Positions 43,328 through 54,077 of a stretch of 64,000 nucleotides of DNA are shown here, one piece after another. Where the stretch lies: assembly GCA_051546255.1 (NCBI GenBank), contig CP128815.1, positions 1,178,001 to 1,242,000 of the forward strand, written 5' to 3'. The stretch is from Meyerozyma guilliermondii (taxonomy: Eukaryota). Position 1 is the stretch's first letter. Each line of letters opens with the position of its first letter. The notes under the pieces are model-generated. The model was not told the DNA's origin. It did no database searches and saw nothing but the letters and a program-made list of their open reading frames with translations. The position numbers were made by a program, and so were the translations under genes.

Positions 43328-45457
43328 TCATTTGCGAGCATCTTTCATCAATGCTGCAAAGCCGCCGTTGCCTCGCTTCTTCTTATTACCTGCTAACTTT
43401 TTGGCAGTGATATATTTTGATGAGTTATCATCTGAGTCAGAATCGTCAGATGAGGAAGACGAGGACTCAGACGACAGTTCAGAACTTTCGTCCTGCGTTT
43501 GTGAGCCTTGAGTCTTTGCTGGAGCTGTCAGTTGCTGACTGCTATCTCGGACATCAGGGACACCTCTTTTCGCCAAATCTGTCAATGAATTTAGAGTTGG
43601 TTTCTTTATGCTAGAAGGAACTGTAGTGTTCAGCTCGGGTTTTTGAGACTTTTGTACAGGTGTATCCTTTTTCTCTACCGCCTTCGTATCCGATGGGCCA
43701 AGAATCGTATTCTTTGCCTTGGTCGACAACGCTTGTCCTCTAGGTTTTATTGAGGTGAAACTTGACGAAGGGGTAGACGCCGCTAGTCTAGGCTTTTGCT
43801 TATTTCCTGATGTACTTGAGTCAGATTCATCCGATGACTCTGAACTTTCGTCTGACAGCTCTGATGATTCTGAGATCTGCTCGGACATCAGGTCTTTACT
43901 TGAATCTTCTGGTTCTTTTGATTTGTTTTCCTCTTTCTTAGATGGTAACTGTTCGGTCTTGATCTCTGAGAGTGAGGTATCATGATTTCGAGGAACATTT
44001 AAAGATGTGAGCTTCGCATCAAATTTCTTTACTTTATCGAAAACAGATGCGAGTTTGGATTTGGGAGGAAATTCAAGAGATATCCTAGAACTGTCATTAC
44101 TCTTGCTGTTGGAGTCATCTGCAGTTTTTGATGTATCTTTCCCATTCTGGACTATGTTGACAGTAGGGACTGTATTATTGCTTGAACCTTCACCATTAGT
44201 ACGTACCGGAGACATTAATGTTCTCTCAGTAGTGTAAACAATTGGGGCGCCATCTTCAGAGGTGCCGTTTTGGCCCCGCAGACGTGAACGCGTGGCTCTT
44301 GTGGAATGGTCCACTACGGGAAAGTTGGCATTGACCATATCTATTTCCAAGCCTTTCATTAAGTTCCGAGGGGGACGCCCCTTCGATGGCGATATTTTGG
44401 AAGCTGATTTCAGCCCATTTTTCTTTGATTCTTCAGCTTCGTTTTTGGAGAACAGGTCCTTGAACATTTCCAATAATTCCTGTTTAGACATCACGCTTCC
44501 TGCGTCGGAGTCATCGTCGTCCTTGTCATCGGAGTCGTCGCTGCTTTCGGTATCGTTTTTATTCTCCAGAGCACTCTCCTCTTCCATTTCGATATCTGGT
44601 TCAACGAAAGAGTTCATGTCAACCAGTTTGGTCGGAGACGGTTGGGGTACGTTTTCCAGTGGTGATGCAAGCATTGTGTGCGTTTCATTCTCTGGCGAGT
44701 TGCTTTCATGTACTGGTGCTGCCAACATACCTGAAGTGATACGTTTGGTGGGTAGCTCACTATGTGATACCGGATTGCTACGTTTTCGAGGAATTGTCCT
44801 GTCGTCTCGCGATTCTGGAGGTGGTAACGATATCATGCTCTGGTCCAAATGACTTGTAGAAGGCAGTCTTGGAGCTGTTGGGGACGAAGCTGAAGGAGCG
44901 AAAAACTCATCATTAATTTTTTGCTGGGTGGTTGTGGTTCGTTTTTTCGGTATGTGTATGTCATGAGTAGAGGAATTGCTGCTAATTCTCTCATTCCAAA
45001 TAGTTGGTCTAGATAGCAAATCATCCTGAGTGGTCTGTGGATCTATGTCCATACGGCTTGCAGATTCTGATGTTGCCTTTCTTGAATAACCAAGCGCTGT
45101 GGGTGTACTTTGGGCCCGGTGTGAGATGTCAGTCAATGTTTGATCTAACATATTTGGCCGTGCAGAATTCGATGCAATGACACGTATTATATCTCCTTGG
45201 TTTAAGACCTCATCCACCAAATAATCAGGGTCTAGGTCGCACATATCGTTGTCTTGGACCAGAAATATTTGAAGCTCGTCATCGTCTGGATACAACTTTC
45301 GATATCTCATCACTAGGGTTTCGCATACTTGATGAAGTGTAGAACTACCCTCGGCCAAGTGGACAAACTTTCGAGTACCCCATTGAGTTAGCTTGGTACT
45401 ATCCACTTCTTTTCTGTTGTGGGGCACCAATAACACCTGCAACTTCACCATTACCAT
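43328..45457 (-). CDS. NET1: Nucleolar Cdc14-binding protein, Net1/Tof2-like
   Basis: N-domain KLQVLLVP...RKFVHL...KLYP....VQDNDMCDLDPDYLV, a long S/D/K-rich region, and C-terminal GGFAALMKD. Confidence 0.8.
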   Translation of the reverse strand: MVMVKLQVLLVPHNRKEVDSTKLTQWGTRKFVHLAEGSSTLHQVCETLVMRYRKLYPDDDELQIFLVQDNDMCDLDPDYLVDEVLNQGDIIRVIASNSARPNMLDQTLTDISHRAQSTPTALGYSRKATSESASRMDIDPQTTQDDLLSRPTIWNERISSNSSTHDIHIPKKRTTTTQQKINDEFFAPSASSPTAPRLPSTSHLDQSMISLPPPESRDDRTIPRKRSNPVSHSELPTKRITSGMLAAPVHESNSPENETHTMLASPLENVPQPSPTKLVDMNSFVEPDIEMEEESALENKNDTESSDDSDDKDDDDSDAGSVMSKQELLEMFKDLFSKNEAEESKKNGLKSASKISPSKGRPPRNLMKGLEIDMVNANFPVVDHSTRATRSRLRGQNGTSEDGAPIVYTTERTLMSPVRTNGEGSSNNTVPTVNIVQNGKDTSKTADDSNSKSNDSSRISLEFPPKSKLASVFDKVKKFDAKLTSLNVPRNHDTSLSEIKTEQLPSKKEENKSKEPEDSSKDLMSEQISESSELSDESSESSDESDSSTSGNKQKPRLAASTPSSSFTSIKPRGQALSTKAKNTILGPSDTKAVEKKDTPVQKSQKPELNTTVPSSIKKPTLNSLTDLAKRGVPDVRDSSQQLTAPAKTQGSQTQDESSELSSESSSSSSDDSDSDDNSSKYITAKKLAGNKKKRGNGGFAALMKDARK

Positions 45458-45557
45458 CTTACGAAGCGTGTCGCAACTTGGAGTGCAAAATTTCCAATGC
45501 GGTAACATGGCATCATAACACCATTTTCAACCCATATCCCAATGGCTGCAAAAATTG

Positions 45558-46820
45558 TCATTTGAGCACATCGGAGCCAAGTAAGCGAACGGCGTCTTCT
45601 CTAAGCTTTGACAAATCTTCAGCTGGTGGCTCTGTAGTAAACCGCTCAAAAACGGTCTCGGGGTCCGGAACTTCAAATGAGGCGGACCAAGTGAGAATCT
45701 CACCATCGAGAGTACCGCCATAGAACTGACCTTGAAACGGCGCACCCAAAGCCATTGCAGAAGTTCTGGCGGACGTAGGCTTGTCGCTATTTGTTTTTCG
45801 TTTGAGCCTCGAAACCATCTTCCCATCAATGATCCGAAACACAAATATATCGCCCGAATCGGAAGGAAAAAGTAGGTACGAAAGCTCTGTCTCCTGGTGT
45901 GAATTGAGTAGCATTGGAATGTTTTGTGGGTACTTGTTTCTTGTGAGTGGTCCGAAATTGATGAGTTTGTTGATTGGAGGAGCCAGATTTGACAACAAAT
46001 CCCATACTCTGATCTTGTCGTCATTACCAGCAGACAATAGCAATTGGCCCATCAGATCCCATACTAAACCGTTTACAGGCGCCAGGTGTGCTCTTACGGG
46101 CACCTCATTTCTTGTTGAGGCCGAAGATGTGCCCTTTTCACTGGTACGAAGCATGTCTAGTCGGGCAATACAGCTGTTGCTGCGACGAATATCCCATAAT
46201 TTGATTTCCCCGTCGAAACCGCCCGTGGCCACTACGTTCTCCATATGAGGATGCCACTTGACACTTAAAGTTTTCCCTCTATGGCCCGGAAGGGTATGCG
46301 AACTGGCAGTTGATCTAAGATCAACAAGTCTCACATGCGGGTGGTCAATTGCAACAGCTACGAGGGCTTGAGATGCAGAAATATCAAACGAGTACACTCT
46401 TCCAGTCATGTCAAATTCGTGTGCAACCTCGAGTACATTTGTATCCCAAACCTTGACAGTATGATCGAATGACGCCGACACGAACATCCCGGTATCTTGC
46501 GGCCACCATTCCACACAAGAGACACCAAACTTATGAGCACTCTTTTTCGGTATTGAGGCTATACATTGATAGTTACTCTTATCATCAGTCACATTGACGT
46601 CCCATAGCTTCATAGTTGAGTCAGCACACCCACTAATGACATATCTATAATCTAGAGATTCGGCTGCTATGCTATTCACAGCGGCATTATTATGGCAGCG
46701 GTCAGGAAAGCCTGTCCCTGTATCTTGCGAGAAACTGGTATAGTAGCTTTCTGCAACTGTGGTGGCGAACTCATATGGAGAGATTTGCAGTGTGAACCGT
46801 TCAAATAAGAGTGATTGCAT
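45558..46820 (-). CDS. RAD28: WD40 DNA-repair protein, CSA/ERCC8 ortholog
   Basis: HKFGVSCVEWWPQDTGMFVSASFDHTVKVWDTN, DLRSTASSHTLPGH, KLWDIRRS and AHLAPVNG motifs; ATG at 46820. Confidence 0.9.
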   Translation of the reverse strand: MQSLLFERFTLQISPYEFATTVAESYYTSFSQDTGTGFPDRCHNNAAVNSIAAESLDYRYVISGCADSTMKLWDVNVTDDKSNYQCIASIPKKSAHKFGVSCVEWWPQDTGMFVSASFDHTVKVWDTNVLEVAHEFDMTGRVYSFDISASQALVAVAIDHPHVRLVDLRSTASSHTLPGHRGKTLSVKWHPHMENVVATGGFDGEIKLWDIRRSNSCIARLDMLRTSEKGTSSASTRNEVPVRAHLAPVNGLVWDLMGQLLLSAGNDDKIRVWDLLSNLAPPINKLINFGPLTRNKYPQNIPMLLNSHQETELSYLLFPSDSGDIFVFRIIDGKMVSRLKRKTNSDKPTSARTSAMALGAPFQGQFYGGTLDGEILTWSASFEVPDPETVFERFTTEPPAEDLSKLREDAVRLLGSDVLK

Positions 46821-46932
46821 GCTGCACCATCGCACTGCAACAGTCAGTGATAGAGAAGTGGGTGTTCGGTATGGGTGTTTGGGTGTGAATCTCAAGTGGG
46901 TGAATTTTCAAAAAATTTATTACATCTTGAAC

Positions 46933-48312
46933 ATGTTGGATATTAATGCATTTCTTGTAGAGAAGGGGGGAAACCCTGAAACCATTCGAATCTCTCAAAA
47001 GAAGAGAGGTGCACCTGTGGAATTGGTGGACGAAATCATCAAGGATTACAAGGACTGGACCAAGATAAGGTTTGAGTTGGACGAGATGAACAAGAAGATG
47101 AACGCTCTTCAAAAACAAATCGGACAAAAGTACAAGGCCAAGGAAGATGCTAGCGAGCTTTTGAAACAGAAAGATACTTACACTGAGGAGAAGAAGCAAT
47201 TAATTGAAAAAGAGCAAAAAGCAGATACCGATTTAAGATTCAAAGTCAACCAAATTGGAAATATCGTTCATGAATCTGTGGTGGACTCTCAAGATGAGGA
47301 AAACAACGAGCTTGTTCGTACTTGGCTTCCTGAGGGTGTGAAGGAGGCTGGAGCCATCGCTACGGCCACTGGAGCTCCAGCAGCTTTGTCGCATCACGAA
47401 GTGTTGTTGCGTTTAGACGGTTACGACCCTGAAAGAGGTGTTCGTATCGTTGGTCACCGTGGGTATTTCTTGCGTAATTATGGTGTTTTCTTGAACCAGG
47501 CTTTGATCAACTATGGTTTGCATTTTTTGGCCAGTAACGGTTACACTCCATTGCAAGCTCCCGTGATGATGAACAAGGAAGTCATGGCCAAAACAGCTCA
47601 ATTATCCCAATTCGACGAAGAACTTTACAAGGTTATCGATGGAGATGATGAAAAGTACTTGATCGCAACTTCGGAACAGCCTATTTCCGCTTATCATGCT
47701 GGGGAATGGTTTGAATCACCAGAAGAACAATTGCCTGTAAGATATGCTGGTTACTCCTCCTGTTTCAGAAGAGAAGCCGGATCTCATGGTAAGGATGCTT
47801 GGGGTATTTTCAGAGTTCACGCATTTGAGAAAATTGAGCAATTCGTATTGACTGAACCAGAAAAGTCATGGGAGGAGTTCGACAGAATGATTGGTCTTTC
47901 CGAGAAATTCTACCAATCTTTGGGCTTGCCTTACCGTGTTGTCGGCATTGTTTCCGGAGAATTGAACAACGCTGCTGCTAAGAAGTACGATTTGGAAGCT
48001 TGGTTCCCCTTCCAGAAGGAATACAAGGAATTGGTTTCATGTTCTAACTGTACCGACTACCAATCACGTAACTTGGAAATCAGATGTGGTATCAAGCAAC
48101 AAAACCAAACTGAGAAGAAATACGTCCACTGTTTGAACTCTACACTTTCTGCCACTCAGCGTGCGTTGTGCTGTATCTTGGAAAACTATCAAAAAGAAGA
48201 CGGATTGGTGGTTCCAGAAGTTTTAAGAAAGTACATTCCTGGCGAGCCTGAGTTCATTCCATATGCTAAGGAACTTCCAAAGAACTCTACCTCCAACAAG
48301 AAGAAGAAGTAG
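46933..48312 (+). CDS. SES1: Cytoplasmic seryl-tRNA synthetase
   Basis: MLDINAF start, LIATSEQP, FRREAGSHG, KKYDLEAWFP and ELVSCSNCTDYQSR motifs. Confidence 0.98.
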   Translation: MLDINAFLVEKGGNPETIRISQKKRGAPVELVDEIIKDYKDWTKIRFELDEMNKKMNALQKQIGQKYKAKEDASELLKQKDTYTEEKKQLIEKEQKADTDLRFKVNQIGNIVHESVVDSQDEENNELVRTWLPEGVKEAGAIATATGAPAALSHHEVLLRLDGYDPERGVRIVGHRGYFLRNYGVFLNQALINYGLHFLASNGYTPLQAPVMMNKEVMAKTAQLSQFDEELYKVIDGDDEKYLIATSEQPISAYHAGEWFESPEEQLPVRYAGYSSCFRREAGSHGKDAWGIFRVHAFEKIEQFVLTEPEKSWEEFDRMIGLSEKFYQSLGLPYRVVGIVSGELNNAAAKKYDLEAWFPFQKEYKELVSCSNCTDYQSRNLEIRCGIKQQNQTEKKYVHCLNSTLSATQRALCCILENYQKEDGLVVPEVLRKYIPGEPEFIPYAKELPKNSTSNKKKK

Positions 48313-48894
48313 ACCAATAAACACCCCATATTGTTTGCAACTGTTCGTGCGTGCTTAATTTTCATATAGGTCTCTAAAGATAGATGTGTGTCGTCGGTGA
48401 GAATCTGTCATCTATAATTACATAGCCAATGCAGTTTCATAAATAGGACCCTGACAAAAGGTGTTTAAAAAATGTGGACTATGTTGCTTTGCAAAGGTAG
48501 AGTTATATCAGCAACAGATCGAACTCAATTGGAAACATTGTTGTAGCTAAATGTACGTCGGTAACTTCGTCTACTCATAGAAGTGCTAGATTGATTCTTT
48601 ATTCTTGATTATAATTAGTAAGGGATAATAATATGGAAATATTTGCTCCACCTTGTTCTGGAAACTGTGAAATTCTCGAAGCTTGCTTACGACCGATATC
48701 GCCTTAATAATATATGCGAAACTGTTCCATTGGGGAAATTGGGGTCGGAATTAGTCTGCGAGCCGCACCCCATTAATGCATGGCTAGGTAATGCCTGAAA
48801 TTAACCTTCGGCCGAGCCTATATGCACGAGCCCTCCAAGGTATAAAGGAGTGCACCATCTAGCATGCAAAGCAATCAATACAAGCAATTGAATC

Positions 48895-49671
48895 ATGTCA
48901 TTATTTTACAAGAAGGAAGACGACGTCAAAGGAAAGACTGCCTTGATCACTGGAGGCACCAAAAACTTGGGTGGTGAGACCGCAAAGGAACTCGCTCGTT
49001 TCGGAACCAACCTCTTCCTTCACTACCATTCATCTTCTGACAAGGAGAAGAGTGAAAAGTTGGCCAAGGAAATCCAATCGCAACATTCAGTTAAGGTTGA
49101 GGTTTATCAAGGAGCATTGGATTCCGCTGAGGATTTGGAGCAACTTTTTGCAGCCGCGAAGAAGGCATTCCCACTGGGAATTGACATTGCTATTAACAAT
49201 GTGGGTATGGTATTAAAGAAAGAGCTCACTACAGTTACGGAAAAAGAATGGGAGAAGATGGATAACATCAACAATAAGACTGCTTTTTTCTTCCTTAGAG
49301 AAGCTGGTAAGCATGTCAACGACAATGGAAAGATTGTATCTTTGGTGACTTCGTTGTTGGCCGCTTATACTCCAGCTTATGGTGTTTACCAAGGTACAAA
49401 AGCACCAGTTGAATACTATTCGAAGACTGCCTCGAAGGAATTGCAAAGTCGTGGAATTTCGGTCAACTGTGTTGCGCCAGGACCTATGGACACCCCATTT
49501 TTGTATGGACAGGAGACCGATGAGTCGGTGGCTTTCTTCAAGACCTGCGGTTTGCACAACAGATTGACCAAATTGGAAGACATTGTGCCAATTGTCAGAT
49601 TCTTGGTCACTGAAGGTGGCTGGATCACTGGTCAAACCATTTACTGTTCTGGTGGATTTACGGCGCATTAA
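48895..49671 (+). CDS. Short-chain dehydrogenase/reductase
   Basis: TGGTKNLG nucleotide-binding motif, YQGTK catalytic motif, APGPMDTPF and WITGQTI; TATAAA at 48841. Confidence 0.92.
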   Translation: MSLFYKKEDDVKGKTALITGGTKNLGGETAKELARFGTNLFLHYHSSSDKEKSEKLAKEIQSQHSVKVEVYQGALDSAEDLEQLFAAAKKAFPLGIDIAINNVGMVLKKELTTVTEKEWEKMDNINNKTAFFFLREAGKHVNDNGKIVSLVTSLLAAYTPAYGVYQGTKAPVEYYSKTASKELQSRGISVNCVAPGPMDTPFLYGQETDESVAFFKTCGLHNRLTKLEDIVPIVRFLVTEGGWITGQTIYCSGGFTAH

Positions 49672-49719
49672 ACAGACGTCTTTATTTTTTGAATAAATGT
49701 TTTCAATTCCTAGTCTACT

Positions 49720-50086
49720 CTAACAGTTAGCCAAGACATCTTCGGCACAGCAACAGCAGATAAGTGCAGCACAGCATCCACAGAAGGTGCTACAACATCC
49801 TCCACCTCCACCTCTCTGGGGTTGTTGTTGGACATACATAGGTTGTTGCTGTTGGTAGTAACCCTGAGGAGGTCCTTGTTGGTAGTAACCTTGTTGAGGA
49901 GGGCCTTGTTGGTAGTAAGACTACATAGTTAGTAAACTTGCCTCGAGTATGCAATGGAAGATCTGTTGCTACACCCTTGATGCAGCCAAAATACGCCGCG
50001 CATGATTCGACATGCTAGTGCTTAACTCCGCAAAGGTTCAAGGAGAATTGCGACCAAAAATCACCCTACTGGATCTTACATACCAT
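49720..50086 (-). CDS. CYSTM-domain Gln/Pro/Tyr-rich microprotein, join(50086..50084, 49920..49720), 67 aa
   Basis: ATG|GTATGT...TACTAAC TATGTAG| gives [67 protein letters not shown]. Confidence 0.92.
49921..50083 (-). other. Spliceosomal intron (163 nt) directly after the start codon of the CYSTM gene
   Basis: GTATGT at 50083-50078, TACTAAC at 49934-49928, TAG ending at 49921. Confidence 0.92.
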
Positions 50087-50465
50087 TTCGACAAAAGTAA
50101 AGGAATGAGTTGTCAACAAAGGCTATGTTGTTGTGCATGATTCCTCTGGTGTTGACACTACCATGCGTAGGGCGAAATCCTATTTTTGCAATGCCGAATA
50201 AGCCACCGACATTGGGCGGGACAAAATGCTTCACCACATGGCTTCAACGCTATTCTTCAAAATTTCGAGTTGCACTTTATGCTAAAGCCTGCAGCTTTTC
50301 CTATCAAAGATCTCCGGCTTGGCATGAATGGATGAGCCTTGACGAACAGTTCCATGCAGGTTCCTGCATCAACTCCATGTGTCAACCTCCAACGTGCAGA
50401 GGTCTGCGCGGCTACTCATGCATGCAGGCTGAAATATCTTGCGCATCTCAAACCGAACCGCTCTC

Positions 50466-51107
50466 ATGGCTGATTTCGGTGGCCTCCCCACCCATCTTCC
50501 AAATACTGCGCCAGAGCCTTCGACGCTTGTCAATGAGACAGAGCAGAATTCACCAGAGATCCCGGACCGGAAAGAGCTGATCAATAAAAATGAGGAGATA
50601 CTGATCGGACTGTCTGAAGCTACGTCTCAATTATCTGCCCCATATATTCCCGGAACCTCGATAAAACTAGAAACCGATGAGGATATTGCCAAATGGATAG
50701 AAGACAGAAAGCGTAATTGGCCGAGTAAAAAGAACATAGAGCAAAAAAAGAAGCGACCAGCTCCTCCCGCAATACCTCATGAATCGGCTCCATCAAAACG
50801 GCCGCGCAATGTATGTCGCTTTTTTCAGCAGCATGGTCGATGCAAGTTTGGAAAGAATTGCAAAAACGTTCATGAAAGCTCTGGCGGCACCAAAAGTGGG
50901 AATTCTTCAAATATCAAGACTATTAACGACATAACCGTATCCATTCCTCAAAGGTTTAAGAACGATGATTCACAGTCGTCGTTGTTCCGCAAGTTGATCC
51001 AGAAAGACCACTTTGAGAATGAAAATGAGAAGGTTTTGGACTTCATACTCTACCTACAACTGAAAAATTTGGTGGACCATAATGTTACTATGAATAGTAA
51101 AGCCTAG
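50466..51107 (+). CDS. RSA1: Box C/D snoRNP assembly factor Rsa1/NUFIP1-like, with a CCCH zinc finger
   Basis: IPGTSIKLETDEDIAKWIEDRKRNWPS (PEP domain) and CRFFQQHGRCKFGKNCKNVH. Confidence 0.82.
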   Translation: MADFGGLPTHLPNTAPEPSTLVNETEQNSPEIPDRKELINKNEEILIGLSEATSQLSAPYIPGTSIKLETDEDIAKWIEDRKRNWPSKKNIEQKKKRPAPPAIPHESAPSKRPRNVCRFFQQHGRCKFGKNCKNVHESSGGTKSGNSSNIKTINDITVSIPQRFKNDDSQSSLFRKLIQKDHFENENEKVLDFILYLQLKNLVDHNVTMNSKA

Positions 51108-51136
51108 CATATCATATATATAATCGCATATTGATC

Positions 51137-52846
51137 TCAATGATCATGTTCCTTGAGTTTTTTGGTAGCATCGAGCATTATACTGCATTGTTTGGCAATC
51201 TCTCCCAACTTGCTAATCACCTTTTCATTTCCTTTCCCGAATCCGTAAATCGAGTAACTCAAACCCACATCTTTGCAAAAATCAATCACAAACGGTTGGA
51301 CAGCTCTGAAATTATGCCTTGGTAAACGAGGGAACAAGTGGTGAATAGCCTGGAATTGCAAGCCTCCGTGGAAGAAATCGAACCACTCCGGGCAATCGAC
51401 GTCCATAGTGGTGCGAATCTGCCTTTGAGGAAACGACTCGCTGGGTCCCAAATCTGCAGTCGACATTGCAAAATGAGACAATGTGATTTGTACATGAACC
51501 ATCATGGTTGCAATATGGCTGATCATTACGTAGGAGAATCTGTCCCAACCGTTGGGTATTGACTTCCAAACCAACAAGTAAAAGAACCAGTAGAAAAAGA
51601 ACGAGAGACCTGCAAGTTCATAGTACCGGAACCATGCGGCCTTACCATGACGAGGACCTAATCCTAAAAGCAAATGAGTCCATGAAAGCCTGTACAAGTT
51701 GAACCTTCCAAAAGCAAGGATGGGGTAGTATAAGTAGTCCTGAATGAGTATCATTTTCTTTGCGAATGCATCGAAATAAAGGTACTTTTCGTAGTAGGTG
51801 GAGTATACACTGCCGAGTAGTCTGGCACTGACAGCGAAAAATGGTAAATGTTGGATATCAGGATCATGCACAGGATCATTAGTGATCAAATGATGCACAT
51901 TATGGTTGCGCTTCCACCAGCCTAAACTCAAGCCACCAAACCATGATGCGAGTGTCATACCAAAGGTAGAATCTACTTGATAGTTGTGGGTTATAGATAT
52001 ATGCCCAGCATCGTGGACAATAAAGGTGGTTTGCTGCCATGCGAATCCCATTAATATTGCACTTGTCTTGAGCCATCCAATTTTGAAAAACGAAAGCGAG
52101 TAAAGTACCAAACTGCTGATCTTGACCAATTCTCTGACATAGTTCCAGTAGTTACACTGGTAGAACCCATTACGAATTACTCGTTGGTGAAGTTCGTGGT
52201 ATTTTTCGCGAAGGTGCTGTTGAGTCTTGTAGTCCAAAGCTGGAACATCAGCAAGATCTTGTTGAGTGAGCTCATTATCAAAATTGTCAATGATTTGCTG
52301 CGGATCAACAATAACCTTGCTGTTTCTTACTGGGAATATTTCATCTTTGTTTTCTGAAGATAATGCGTGAATATCTTGTGGCACTTTAGGTATAACTCTG
52401 CCAGCAGGAAACCCTAATCCTTTTTCTTTGGATGTCATATCGAGATTCAAACTGGAACTAGAGCTCGATGTTGAAATGAGTTCCATTTCTGAGCCACTTG
52501 TGTCTGATTCGTCGAGCTTGGCTTCTAACAGTTTGTGGTCAGTTGTAATTGCGTTACTTGAATAGAGTGCACCAGCAATTGGGGGTTGTAAGTTCTCCCA
52601 TGGGTAGTCGATCGTACCGATTTTCCACTTGGTAAACGTTTTAGCTGTATCCTCACTATGATAGGCATCCATTTCGTCACTGGCGTCTCTGCCAATCATA
52701 TGGTGAACGGCTTTTTCTCCTCCAGGATGCCGTGGAAGCCATTTTGTCAAGTTGAGCACATTACCTTTGTATATAACTATAGCACGCCCATCTCTAATCA
52801 AGCCTTTGATATGGGCTGGGGATAGGACATCTGTATTTGTGCCCAT
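51137..52846 (-). CDS. SLD1: Sphingolipid delta-8 desaturase (cytochrome b5 fusion)
   Basis: HPGG heme motif and His boxes HDAGH, HNVHH, QAIHH. An in-frame upstream ATG at 52936 is also possible. Confidence 0.92.
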   Translation of the reverse strand: MGTNTDVLSPAHIKGLIRDGRAIVIYKGNVLNLTKWLPRHPGGEKAVHHMIGRDASDEMDAYHSEDTAKTFTKWKIGTIDYPWENLQPPIAGALYSSNAITTDHKLLEAKLDESDTSGSEMELISTSSSSSSLNLDMTSKEKGLGFPAGRVIPKVPQDIHALSSENKDEIFPVRNSKVIVDPQQIIDNFDNELTQQDLADVPALDYKTQQHLREKYHELHQRVIRNGFYQCNYWNYVRELVKISSLVLYSLSFFKIGWLKTSAILMGFAWQQTTFIVHDAGHISITHNYQVDSTFGMTLASWFGGLSLGWWKRNHNVHHLITNDPVHDPDIQHLPFFAVSARLLGSVYSTYYEKYLYFDAFAKKMILIQDYLYYPILAFGRFNLYRLSWTHLLLGLGPRHGKAAWFRYYELAGLSFFFYWFFYLLVWKSIPNGWDRFSYVMISHIATMMVHVQITLSHFAMSTADLGPSESFPQRQIRTTMDVDCPEWFDFFHGGLQFQAIHHLFPRLPRHNFRAVQPFVIDFCKDVGLSYSIYGFGKGNEKVISKLGEIAKQCSIMLDATKKLKEHDH

Positions 52847-53057
52847 TATCGAACGATCTCCTGATGCGAGTTCAAGTTTTGACAATAGGCGCTCGAGGCT
52901 ATGCAGTACATGTGATATACCGGGGCTCAGCATCATAACCCACTTTAGATCTGGTACGAGCTACAATCACCATCTTGTTCGTTATTATTTGTCATTTTTG
53001 GCTATTTGCTATAACTGAAACATTTTTACTGAATATAGCATACCGTAAAACAGCCGA

Positions 53058-54077
53058 CTATTCTCCCAACTTGACCTTGTCAATTTTCCACAGTGGGTCA
53101 AGAATTTTGTCCTTTTCCTCAAACAATACCTTGTATGACGTCTTGATTGTACCGTCACTAACTCCAGCCTTGTCGGCGATTCTGGCAGGTGAAACATCAA
53201 CGTTGAAAATGAGAGAAGCCATGTAAATCACCGTGGCCGCTACCGTAATAGGAGACCTACCAGACAAAATCTGCTCGTCTTTGCACCGGCGTGCTATGTA
53301 CTCGGCTGCATTTGATATTTGTGTGCTTAAACCCAAATGTGAGCAGAACCGTCTGATCAAATCTTCGGCAGATGTCGAACTGACTGGCTGTTGGGTCATA
53401 TGCATGACATCGGGGTTGTTGGAGTGCTTTTCTTGGAGAAGCTGAATCATGGTCTTGAAAACTCTGCCTAACTCCTTTTTGGGTACGTTCGTCAATGCGG
53501 CAATCTCCAAGAAAGAACGACCGACGTTTGCCTTACGACATCCAAGACAGATCGACGCTGCCATTATTGATTCTTGTGATTTACCCCTTAAACGTTTTTC
53601 GTCATGTACAAGTTTGTAGATTTCTTTGGAAGCATCTTGCACTACTCTTGGAAGCTGGTATCCCTCACACATGTGCGATATTTTTGAGTATGCTGCGACT
53701 AAAGAGGAATCTTTTCTGTCTATTGCAGACTTCAGCTGAGCTCTACTCAAGTCTCTTCCTGCTCTTCCATCATTTGGGACGTAGGAGATCATTGTAGATA
53801 AGTCCTCGCTATCCAACAACGGGTTACTGGCATCTCCCACACGATTAGGATCTTCTCCATTTCTGTCATCGTTACTAAAAGTTCTCCATTCAGACCTAGT
53901 GTCGACCACTCTGTCACTTAATACAAGTCCACAGGTGCCACACACTATGTCGCCTTCGCTAAACCGTTCAATCAAGTCGGGAGGGTAGGTTTTACATTCC
54001 GGACACGAAAGGGTGACGTTCAAGTTGGGCCCAGTAAAGGGTTCTTGTGGAGCCGAAGAGGCTGCAACATTCATCAT
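53058..54077 (-). CDS. SUA7: Transcription initiation factor TFIIB
   Basis: Zn ribbon CPEC...CGTCGLV, B-reader VDTRSEWRTFSNDD, and cyclin repeats with GRSPIT. Confidence 0.96.
   Translation of the reverse strand: MMNVAASSAPQEPFTGPNLNVTLSCPECKTYPPDLIERFSEGDIVCGTCGLVLSDRVVDTRSEWRTFSNDDRNGEDPNRVGDASNPLLDSEDLSTMISYVPNDGRAGRDLSRAQLKSAIDRKDSSLVAAYSKISHMCEGYQLPRVVQDASKEIYKLVHDEKRLRGKSQESIMAASICLGCRKANVGRSFLEIAALTNVPKKELGRVFKTMIQLLQEKHSNNPDVMHMTQQPVSSTSAEDLIRRFCSHLGLSTQISNAAEYIARRCKDEQILSGRSPITVAATVIYMASLIFNVDVSPARIADKAGVSDGTIKTSYKVLFEEKDKILDPLWKIDKVKLGE

Noticed and set aside
50110..50580. 156-aa plus-strand ORF with a TTG start
   Set aside because: It spans the divergent CYSTM/RSA1 promoter, overlaps RSA1 out of frame, and has no homology cues.
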